60,165 bases of DNA from Thermoplasmata archaeon (lineage in GTDB: Archaea; Thermoplasmatota; Thermoplasmata; Lutacidiplasmatales; UBA184): positions 1 through 60,165 of the forward strand of contig JAKAVY010000006.1 in the NCBI GenBank assembly GCA_021827405.1, in the 5' to 3' direction. The notes under the pieces are model-generated. The model saw only the letters and a list, made by a program, of their open reading frames with translations. It was not told the origin of the DNA and ran no database searches. This document shows positions 52,782 to 60,165 of the stretch, one piece after another. The position numbers and the translations under genes are program-made. Position 1 is the first letter of the stretch; each line of letters opens with the position of its first letter.

Positions 52782-53939
52782 ATGCGCAAGCGGTCCCTCC
52801 GCGACGTGGAGGTGGAGGGACGGACCGTCCTCCTTAGGGTGGACCACAACGTTCCGCTCGACGCGGAACAGCGCGTCGCCGATGACCGGCGGATGGTGGA
52901 GTCCCTCCCCACGATCCAATACCTGAAGGAGCGGGGGGCCCGGGTGGTCCTGCTGAGCCACTTGGGGCGGCCGGAAGGCCGCCCGTCGCCCGGGCTCAGC
53001 CTCGCCCCGGTGGCGGAACACCTCTCAGAGCTCCTGGGGGAGGCCGTCCCCCTCGCCCCGGACGCGGTGGGCCCCGGGGCCATGGACGCGGTGCGCCGTC
53101 TCGCCCCGGGAGGCGTGCTCTACCTGGAGAACCTCCGTTTCCATCCCGGGGAGGAGTCCAACGACCCGGGGTTCGCCTCAGAACTGGCCCGGCTGGGGGA
53201 CCTTTTCGTGGAGGAGGCCTTCGGCACGGTCCACCGGGCCCACGCCAGTACGGTGGGCCTCCCCCGGCGGCTCCCGTCCTGCGTGGGGTTCCTGGTGGAG
53301 CGGGAGGTCCTCGAGCTCGGGCGCCTCCTGGAGCACCCTCCCGAGCCTTTCGTGGTGGTCCTGGGAGGAGCGAAAGTGAAGGACAAGCTCCCCCTGGTTC
53401 GCCACCTCAGGACCTTGGCCGATGAGATCCTGCTGGGCGGCGCCCTAGCGGTGCCTCTGCTCCGACCCCCGGCCCCGGGCGAACCGGAGCGCGACCCGGC
53501 GGTCGAGGAGCTCCTTCATCAGCGCCCGGGGGAGGCCCCTGTGGTGCTTCCCCTGGACTTCCTGGTGGAGGGGCCGGCAGGGGCCGGGGTCGCGACGGTC
53601 CCGGCCGTCCCGCTCCCCCCGGGGGCCCGACCGCTGGACGTGGGCCCGGAGACGCGGCGCCTCTTCGCGTCGCGTCTGGAGAAGGCGCGGACGGTCTTCT
53701 TCAACGGGCCCTTGGGAAAGGTGGAGGACCCGCGCTTCGCGGGGGGGACCCGGGAGGTCCTGTCCGTGCTCCGTTCCCTGTCGGGACCCCGGGTGGCCGC
53801 GGGAGGAGACTCCTCCCGGGCCCTGCAGGACCTGGGCCTGGAATCCTGCTTCAGCTACGTCTCCACCGGGGGAGGGGCCGCCCTGGAGCTGTTGGAAGGA
53901 CGCGACCTCCCCGGGCTCACGGTGCTGCCGGACGCGTAG
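52782..53939 (+). CDS. pgk: Phosphoglycerate kinase
   Basis: RVDHNVP, SHLGRP, LENLRF, AFGTVHRAHAS, GGAKVKDK, STGGGA. Confidence 0.93.
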   Translation: MRKRSLRDVEVEGRTVLLRVDHNVPLDAEQRVADDRRMVESLPTIQYLKERGARVVLLSHLGRPEGRPSPGLSLAPVAEHLSELLGEAVPLAPDAVGPGAMDAVRRLAPGGVLYLENLRFHPGEESNDPGFASELARLGDLFVEEAFGTVHRAHASTVGLPRRLPSCVGFLVEREVLELGRLLEHPPEPFVVVLGGAKVKDKLPLVRHLRTLADEILLGGALAVPLLRPPAPGEPERDPAVEELLHQRPGEAPVVLPLDFLVEGPAGAGVATVPAVPLPPGARPLDVGPETRRLFASRLEKARTVFFNGPLGKVEDPRFAGGTREVLSVLRSLSGPRVAAGGDSSRALQDLGLESCFSYVSTGGGAALELLEGRDLPGLTVLPDA

Positions 53940-54351
53940 CGCCCCGGCGAGGGGGCTTCGAAGGGGCTAGGCCGGCGGCCCGGGCGGCCTCGGCGGGGTC
54001 GGAGTCCACCCCCTCCAGCACCCAACGCAGGTAGGGCTCGTCGACCCTGGCCGTCTCGGTCTCCACGAGCTCCGGGACCTCGTAAGGATGGAGGCGGCGG
54101 ATCTCCTCGAAGAGGGCCCCCACCTTCTTCGGCGACGTCTTGAAGAGGACCACCACCTCCGGGTTCTGCTCCACCTTCCCTTTCCACCGGTAGATGGAGT
54201 AGGCCGGAAGCTCGGTGGCGCAGGCGGCGAAGCCTCCCTCCACCACCCGGCGGCTCGTCTCCCGGGCGGTGCGGGAATCCGGGAAGGTGCTCCAGACGAA
54301 CCGTAGCGGGCTCGGGGGTCGGCCCTCCCCCAGCCCCGGGGCCCCCGTCAT
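53917..54351 (-). CDS. cutA: Divalent-cation tolerance protein CutA
   Basis: AAC, SIYRWKG, KT, HPYEVPE, YLRW. Confidence 0.9.
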   Translation of the reverse strand: MTGAPGLGEGRPPSPLRFVWSTFPDSRTARETSRRVVEGGFAACATELPAYSIYRWKGKVEQNPEVVVLFKTSPKKVGALFEEIRRLHPYEVPELVETETARVDEPYLRWVLEGVDSDPAEAARAAGLAPSKPPRRGATRPAAP

Positions 54352-55841
54352 GGGGTCTCCCCCCCGTCGATGCCCACGGGGGCCGGGTCGACCCGGCCCA
54401 GGAAGTCGAGGGTCCTCACCGAGCCCTGGGCCAGATCGACCAGGGTGGCCTTGGCGGGGTCCGGTCGGATGTTCCGCATCCGTTGGTACTCCGTCTCCGC
54501 CAGCCAGGTCGACGCGTTGACGAGCAGCGAACCGCGCCAGCGTTCCACGCCGTAGGTGTGGGTGTGGCCGGTGACGAAGAGGTCGGGGAGCGGGTCCAGG
54601 AGGAGCCCGTCGACGGCCCGGGGGGTCAGCGGGGTCTTCCCCCCGTAGGTGGGGCCCAGATGCCGCATGGAGAGCATCCGGCGCATGACGGGGAGGGGCT
54701 CCTCGTATCGGGCGTTCGGGATCCGGGGGATCATCTCGTCGAAGCTCCGCCCATGGTAGGCGGTCACCACGAGCCCCTCCAGGAGGAAGGTGCTGGGGTT
54801 CGGAAGGATGTGGACGTTGGGCGGGAGGGCCCGGGAGAGCTCGGGGGGAAGGGCCGGCTGAGGTTCGGCGGGGCAGACGGCATCGTGATTCCCGGGCACC
54901 GCGAGGATGTTCAGGTGGGACGGGAGCTCCCGGAGCCGGCGGCCCAGCTCGGCGTACTGCTCGACCACATCCGGGATGTCGAGGTCGGCCTCCTGGCCCG
55001 GATAGACGCCGATCCCGTCGACCAGGTCACCGGCAATGACCACATGCTCCAGTCCCTCCACCAGGTCCGGGGAGGGCCCCCGACCCCGGAGGAACTCCAC
55101 CAGGTCCTGCCAGGGCTCGGCGAGGAACCCCTTCGAACCGATGTGCAGGTCCGAGAGGAGCAGCACCCGGGAGGGGCGGGCGGCCTTCTTCGCCGTCCGT
55201 CGGGGGGGCACGTCGGGCCGGTAGATGGCCCGGGCCACGGCGAGGCCTCCTTCCTTGCGGGGGGGGAGGACCCTAAGACCGAGCACCTCGTCGGGCAGGA
55301 ACGTGTCCGCGCCCTCGGGAAGGTCCCGGGGGACGAGCACTTCGGCGCTTCCGCTCTCGTCCTCCAGGCTGAGGAGCCGGTGGTGGGACTTGCTGGTGAC
55401 CCTAAAGTCGGAGAGCATGGCGATGATGGCGACCTCCCCCTCGGCCCGGGCCAGGGCGGAGAGGGGGCGCCGGTCGGCGAGCTCGGGCCGACCTCTCAGG
55501 ATGCGGGTCAGGCGCTGGAACCGACCTTTGAGGAGCGCTTCCACCCCTTCTAACGGCCCGGAAATGCCCAGCGGGTCCGGGTCGCTCAACAGTTGGTAGG
55601 GGCGGGGGCCGTCCTCCCGGGGCCGGGGGGCGGGCGGGGTATCCATCATCCGGCGGACCATGTCCAGGGTGACGAACGGGGAGGGCCCCGGGTCCGAGGA
55701 GACCAGCGCCTGGGAGAGGTCCCAGGGCCGGGGACTTCCCAGGATCATCTCCAGGGCAGGCTCCTCCACGAGGCGGTGGTGGGTCTCGAAGTAGGCTAAG
55801 AGCTCGTCCCGCACGTTCCTTGTGAGGGGCCCCGGGTCCAC
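54348..55841 (-). CDS. DNA polymerase D small (proofreading exonuclease) subunit DP1
   Basis: OB-fold LEDESG, SDLHIGS, AGDLVDGIGVYPGQ, PGNHD, YHGRS, RHLGPTYG, TGHTH, QRMRNI.P. Confidence 0.93.
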   Translation of the reverse strand: MDPGPLTRNVRDELLAYFETHHRLVEEPALEMILGSPRPWDLSQALVSSDPGPSPFVTLDMVRRMMDTPPAPRPREDGPRPYQLLSDPDPLGISGPLEGVEALLKGRFQRLTRILRGRPELADRRPLSALARAEGEVAIIAMLSDFRVTSKSHHRLLSLEDESGSAEVLVPRDLPEGADTFLPDEVLGLRVLPPRKEGGLAVARAIYRPDVPPRRTAKKAARPSRVLLLSDLHIGSKGFLAEPWQDLVEFLRGRGPSPDLVEGLEHVVIAGDLVDGIGVYPGQEADLDIPDVVEQYAELGRRLRELPSHLNILAVPGNHDAVCPAEPQPALPPELSRALPPNVHILPNPSTFLLEGLVVTAYHGRSFDEMIPRIPNARYEEPLPVMRRMLSMRHLGPTYGGKTPLTPRAVDGLLLDPLPDLFVTGHTHTYGVERWRGSLLVNASTWLAETEYQRMRNIRPDPAKATLVDLAQGSVRTLDFLGRVDPAPVGIDGGETP

Positions 55842-56186
55842 CGGGTCCCAGGTGGGGGACGTCCAGGGGGCTCGGGGTCCTCTGGTCCGCCAAGCGATTC
55901 CGCGCTATTTCAACCCCCCGGGCGGGGCCCGGCCGCTCACCGGAGGTGAGCACCGCACCACGGGTCCTCCAGTGCGTCCGGGGCATCCCCCCCTGGGGGT
56001 TCGGTCCCTTGGTGAAGGCCATGTGGAACCCGACCCATCCGAGGAGCTACGCCCCCGTCAGTGATCTCGCCCTACGTCTCCCGACCCGGGAACCCGGGGA
56101 CCGGGAGAGTCTCGCTTGGGAGCGTGAGGCCCTCCCGACGCCGCAAGGAGGGCCAGAAGGGGCTGGGAACGGGGGCGACGCCCCGT

Positions 56187-56879
56187 TCAGGCCCGGTAGC
56201 TCTCCTTCGTCTCGGTGGCGCCTTTGGGGTAGTGCGCCTTCAGATGCTCCGTAAGGACGGTGGGGTCCGCCTTGAGGTGGCTGGAGTACCAGGAGACCAC
56301 GAGGTCCTTCAGGGCCTTGTGCAGGTCCCCCAGGCTCACCTCCTCCAGCGGTTCGTCGTAGAGGACGGCCTGGCGGATCACCCGCATCCACCCGGAGTAC
56401 TTGTGATAGGTCTCGCCTTCGCACCACTCGAAGATCATCCGGAGGTGGGAGCGGCCCTTGGGGTCCGGATAGTACCAGATCTTGACCGCGCTGCCGAGCC
56501 AACTGGGGGCCCGGTCCTTCAGCTCCATCACCTGCACGGCGCCGAAGTCGAACGAGTCCTTGAAGGCCCACTTCTCCGGGAACTCGGTGAAGGTGGCGAA
56601 GAGGGTCTGGGAAGGCTCGAGGGTGAGGTGTACGGAGATGTCCTCGAAGATGTTGTGGACCTCCCAGAGGTCCTGAAGGAGACGCCGGTTGAGGCTGGCG
56701 CGGCGGGAGGGGTCCTCCTCGGCCCGGGCCACCGTGGCCTGCTGGGTGTGGTTCAGTTCCTCCCTGAGGGATGCGAGGAAATCGTCCTCGGGAAGGGCCA
56801 CGGCCGTGCTGGTCGCCTCGTCCTCGTCCGGTGGGAGGGGGACCGCCGGGTCCTCCTTCTTGCCGCGTCCTCTGGGCAT
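56187..56879 (-). CDS. Hypothetical protein
   Basis: 230-aa ORF with strong GC3 bias and aromatic-rich globular core; TTTTAATA box at 57028. Confidence 0.75.
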   Translation of the reverse strand: MPRGRGKKEDPAVPLPPDEDEATSTAVALPEDDFLASLREELNHTQQATVARAEEDPSRRASLNRRLLQDLWEVHNIFEDISVHLTLEPSQTLFATFTEFPEKWAFKDSFDFGAVQVMELKDRAPSWLGSAVKIWYYPDPKGRSHLRMIFEWCEGETYHKYSGWMRVIRQAVLYDEPLEEVSLGDLHKALKDLVVSWYSSHLKADPTVLTEHLKAHYPKGATETKESYRA

Positions 56880-57247
56880 GAACTCCTCGGGCGCGCGCTA
56901 CACCCACCGTCTACAAGACCCTTGCCCCGGGTCGGAGGGGGGACCCGGGGCCCGGGGAGGTGGGGGAGCGGGGGACCCGGAGGGGGGGGCGCGCGCACCG
57001 GGCGGGTGCGAGGACGGCGCACGAGCCTTTTAATAGCCCGCCTGCGTCAATGCTACCAGGACAGCCAGGTTGAGGGAGGGAGAGATTCCCCTCGTTCCGT
57101 TTACGGGAGATGCTTATCTTATGCTCAAAGCTAAGTTGATGCACCGGCTCCGGAAACGGGCCGAAGCGAACTAGTCCTCCTGCCGCCCGTCCGTCCTTGC
57201 CGGGGCCCTGTAGGGCAGCCTGGCGCCATGCAACGAGGAAAGAGAAC

Positions 57248-58597
57248 ATGAACGTAGACCCCAATGCGACGAAATACATGATCCGCGCCCGGATCTCCGC
57301 CGACGGCGTCATCGAGAAGCCCGACGTGGTCGGGGCGGTCTTTGGCCAGACGGAAGGGCTGCTCGGGGACGAACTGGACCTGAGGGACCTCCAGAAGAGC
57401 GGCCGCGTGGGCCGGATCGAGGTGGAGATCGACTCCAAGAAGGGAAAGAGCGAGGGCGAGGTGCTCATCCCGTCCTCCCTGGACCAGGTGGAGACCGCCA
57501 TCCTGGCGAGCGGCCTGGAGACCGTGGACCGCATCGGGCCGTGCAAGGCCCGGATCGAGGTGGTCACGGTGGAGGACGTCCGGACCGCGAAGCGGGCCCG
57601 GATCGTGGACCGGGCGAAGGGCATCCTGAACAAGATGATGTCCGAGTCGAAGGACGTGGGGGCCGACCTGGCCGATGAGGTCCGCAAGTCCGTGCAGGTG
57701 GAGGAGATCACGTCCTACGGACGGGAGCGCCTCCCGGCGGGACCGAACGTGGACGCCTCCGACGCCATCATCGTGGTGGAGGGTCGCTCCGACGTGTTGA
57801 ACCTGTTGAGCTGCGGGATCAAGAACGTCATCGCGGTGGAGGGGACCTCGGTCCCCGAGACCGTCCGGGAGCTTTCCCGGGGGAAGACCGTGACCGCCTT
57901 CACCGACGGGGACCGATCGGGGGAGCTCATCCTCCGGGAGATGCTCCAGACCATGGACGTGGACTTCGTGGCCCGGGCCCCCCGCGGGACCGAGGTGGAG
58001 GACCTGACGCAGAAGCAGATCATGAAGTGCCTCCGGAACAAGATCCCCATCAACCAGTACCTGGAGATGACGGGCTTCGAGGCCACGGGAGCCTCCCGCG
58101 GCCCGATGGACGAGCGCGCGGGCCCCGGCGGCCCGCGGGAAGGGGGCGGTGGGGGTCGGCCGGACCGGCAGGGCCCGCCCGGGCCCCGCCGTGAGGCCCC
58201 GGAACCCGGGGGACCGGCACCCAACCGGATGCCTCCTCCGGCCCCGAGGCCGGTGGAGGCCCCCCGTCCCGCTCCGGCTCCGACCCCTGTGGACCCCCGG
58301 CTGGCCCGGTTCTTCGCGGACCTGAGCGCCTTGGAGAACCCGTCCCGGGCCCGGTTCCTTGGGGAGGAGGGCAACATCCTGACCGAGATCCCCGCGAAGG
58401 ACGTGGTGGAGAACCTGGTGAAGAGCGAGGGAGGGATCAAGACCCTCATCTTCGACGGGGTCGTGAGCCAGCGGCTCCTCGACGTGGCGCAGGAGAAGGG
58501 GATCCAGGAAGTGGTGGCGGTCCGTCTGGGCGCCATCGGCAAGATGCCGGACGGCATCCGGGTCTACACCCGGGCCGACCTGGAAGCCCCGGCCTAG
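57248..58597 (+). CDS. dnaG: Archaeal DnaG (TOPRIM; exosome-associated)
   Basis: EKPDVVGAVFGQTEGLLG..LDLRDLQKSGRVGRI, VVEGRSDV, DGDRSG, C-terminal FDGVVSQRL. Confidence 0.95.
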   Translation: MNVDPNATKYMIRARISADGVIEKPDVVGAVFGQTEGLLGDELDLRDLQKSGRVGRIEVEIDSKKGKSEGEVLIPSSLDQVETAILASGLETVDRIGPCKARIEVVTVEDVRTAKRARIVDRAKGILNKMMSESKDVGADLADEVRKSVQVEEITSYGRERLPAGPNVDASDAIIVVEGRSDVLNLLSCGIKNVIAVEGTSVPETVRELSRGKTVTAFTDGDRSGELILREMLQTMDVDFVARAPRGTEVEDLTQKQIMKCLRNKIPINQYLEMTGFEATGASRGPMDERAGPGGPREGGGGGRPDRQGPPGPRREAPEPGGPAPNRMPPPAPRPVEAPRPAPAPTPVDPRLARFFADLSALENPSRARFLGEEGNILTEIPAKDVVENLVKSEGGIKTLIFDGVVSQRLLDVAQEKGIQEVVAVRLGAIGKMPDGIRVYTRADLEAPA

Positions 58598-58639
58598 GGC
58601 GAAGGCTTACGCCCAGGTCGTTCGCGGGAGGCCAGGACC

Positions 58640-60165
58640 GTGACGAGCACCCCCACTTCCGGCCGGACGAGGGGAACCCCCCTCTCCCTGGAGGAGATCT
58701 CCAGCACGCTGGAGGTGCCGATCCCCTCGGACCCTCTGGAGCGGGTCATCGGCCAGGACCGGGCGGTGGAGCTGGCCCGGATCGCGGCCTACCAGCGGCG
58801 GCACCTGCTCCTGGTGGGGCCACCGGGGATCGGGAAGTCGATGACCGCCCAGGCGCTGGCGCTCCACCTCCCCCGACCGAAGCAGGAGATCCGGGTGGTG
58901 CACAATCCAGAGAACCCCGAGCGTCCCACGGTGGAGGTGGTGACCCGGGACGACGTCCTCGCGGAACGGGAGCGGGCCCGGGGCCTGGAGGGGGAGCTCC
59001 ATCGGCCCCAGGACGTCCCGAACTCCGTGGCCGAGCGGCTCGGGTACCGCTGCCCCCGCTGCGGGTTCTATTCCCTTCCCAGCGAGCGGCAGTGTCCGAG
59101 CTGCGGGAACGTGAAGCAGGTCCTGCCCAACGCCCCCACCTCGTCGGGGAATCCGTTCCGGGACCTGGTGGGAGGGATCCTGGAGGTCACGGTGGGCGGG
59201 GCCGGCGGGCTCTCTGAGGCGGTGCGGACCACCCGGTTGAAGAACGGGGTGGAGGAGGTGGTCGCCTACGAGCGGGCCGGGGAGATGATCAAGCTGTTGG
59301 ACCAGCCCGCGTTGGAGCGGCGCCGGCAGCTCCAGCGGGAGACCCCGTACAAGGTGCTGGTGAAGATCGACCGGAACCCCTTCGTCATGTCCACGGGGGC
59401 CAGTGAGACGGAGCTCTTGGGGGACGTGCGGCACGACCCGTATGGGGGTCACCCCCAGCTGGGGTCGCTCCCGTACGACCGGGTGATCCCGGGGGCGATC
59501 CACGAGGCGCACGAGGGGGTGCTCTTCATCGATGAGCTTCCCCACTTAGGTCCGCTCCAGCGCTTCATCCTCACGGCGATGCAGGAGCGGCGGTTCCCGA
59601 TCTCGGGGCGGAACCCGCAGAGCGGGGGCGCGTCGGTACGCATCGACGCGGTGCCTTGCGACTTCATCCTGGTGGCGGCGTGCAACATCCAGGACGTGGG
59701 GCGGATCCTGGCCCCCTTGCGCTCCCGGATCGCCGGGGGAGGGTACGAGACGCTGCTGGAGACGGCGATGCCGGACACCGAGGCGAACCGGCGGAAGCTT
59801 TTGCAGTTCTGTGCCCAGGAGATCGCAGTGGACGGGCGGATCCCGCCGGCGTCCCGGGGGGCGCTGGAGGAGTTCATCACCGAGGCGCGTCGGCGGGCGG
59901 AGCGGATGGACGGGCAGCGCAACGCGCTCACGCTCCGGTTGCGGGAGATGGGGGGGCTGCTCCGGGCGGCGGGGGACCTCGCCACGGTGGAGCACTCGGA
60001 GATGATCGAGGCGGCGCACCTGAAGGAGGCGATCCGCCGGGGAAGGCCCATCGAGGAGCAGATCCGGAGCCGCTACGGGTCGCTGGCCGGAGGGGTCCGT
60101 TCGGACTCCACGGAGGCTCAGCGCGAGGGCATGGGCTACTACTACTGGAACCACCAGGAGGAGAC
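58640..60165 (+). CDS. Archaeal LonB-like AAA+ ATPase with Zn-ribbon insert (partial, runs off window end)
   Basis: Translated by hand from GTG 58640: VIGQD, GPPGIGKS, CPRC..CPSC, LLGDVRHDPYGG, GAIHEAHEGVLFIDE, GRNPQSGGA, PLRSRI, LRLRE; absent from the track (no stop in window). Confidence 0.9.
   Translation, partial: MTSTPTSGRTRGTPLSLEEISSTLEVPIPSDPLERVIGQDRAVELARIAAYQRRHLLLVGPPGIGKSMTAQALALHLPRPKQEIRVVHNPENPERPTVEVVTRDDVLAERERARGLEGELHRPQDVPNSVAERLGYRCPRCGFYSLPSERQCPSCGNVKQVLPNAPTSSGNPFRDLVGGILEVTVGGAGGLSEAVRTTRLKNGVEEVVAYERAGEMIKLLDQPALERRRQLQRETPYKVLVKIDRNPFVMSTGASETELLGDVRHDPYGGHPQLGSLPYDRVIPGAIHEAHEGVLFIDELPHLGPLQRFILTAMQERRFPISGRNPQSGGASVRIDAVPCDFILVAACNIQDVGRILAPLRSRIAGGGYETLLETAMPDTEANRRKLLQFCAQEIAVDGRIPPASRGALEEFITEARRRAERMDGQRNALTLRLREMGGLLRAAGDLATVEHSEMIEAAHLKEAIRRGRPIEEQIRSRYGSLAGGVRSDSTEAQREGMGYYYWNHQEE

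Noticed and set aside
55900-56040. Possible replication origin (ORB-like TCCAGTG / GTTCCAC) next to DP1
   Set aside because: No full ORB with GAAA and G-string, no repeats, no AT-rich unwinding element, no cdc6 in the window
56030-56060. Minus-strand GGGGGCGTAGCTC resembling a tRNA 5' end
   Set aside because: No D-loop GG, T-loop GTTCRA or matching acceptor stem follows
56041-56166. GAGGAGCTACGCCCC ... CAGAAGGGGCT resembling RNase P P4 halves
   Set aside because: Poor match to the consensus and only ~110 nt apart, too short for RNase P RNA
57135-57170. Hammerhead-like TTGATGCA..stem..GAAG
   Set aside because: Core deviates from CUGAUGA/GAAA and stems I/III are not evident; kept only as a structured leader
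1-60165. CRISPR arrays, rRNA, tRNA, transposases/integrases, defence systems
   Set aside because: No regularly spaced repeats, RNA gene signatures, or DDE/tyrosine-recombinase motifs recognised by eye; a tRNAscan/Infernal run would be needed to exclude small RNAs

Overview
This is a very GC-rich archaeal chromosomal segment. Archaeal markers are PolD small subunit DP1, archaeal DnaG, XPD, a LonB-like ATPase, a Bat-type HTH regulator, and TATA-like boxes about 25 nt before leaderless starts. Gene content suggests an aerobic, probably acidophilic Thermoplasmata-type organism (inference). Main blocks: (1) 1-10.8 kb: metabolism and transport genes (LysO, class III aminotransferase, Zn-ADH, LsrF, radical SAM, NDP-sugar synthase, GNAT, and an MFS with an apparent ACG start), plus a triple Zn-ribbon/RGG protein missed by the ORF track. 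(2) 10.9-28.1 kb: a respiratory supercluster with no cytochrome c. It holds tatA/tatC/tatB-like, Rieske, cytochrome b, an A1-type CoxI with a ~270-aa N-terminal extension, ctaA, ctaB, an apparently split CoxII, two blue-copper proteins and an AbrB-PhoU regulator. Its promoters share a GTTCGTAC-type motif, and a phosphoketolase-acetate kinase pair interrupts it. (3) Heptose (gmhA/hddA) and DNA-repair genes. (4) A compositionally distinct ~10.5 kb redox island (35.3-45.4 kb) with three hemerythrin-like proteins, two flavoreductases, DUF488, a Bat-HTH regulator, a His-rich membrane protein and a DoxX-cupredoxin fusion. (5) Three-gene transhydrogenase, citrate synthase, mdh, panE, pgk, cutA, DP1, dnaG and a Zn-ribbon LonB-like ATPase. 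I recognised no rRNA, tRNA, CRISPR array or transposase. All calls come from motif recognition by eye; no database search was run.
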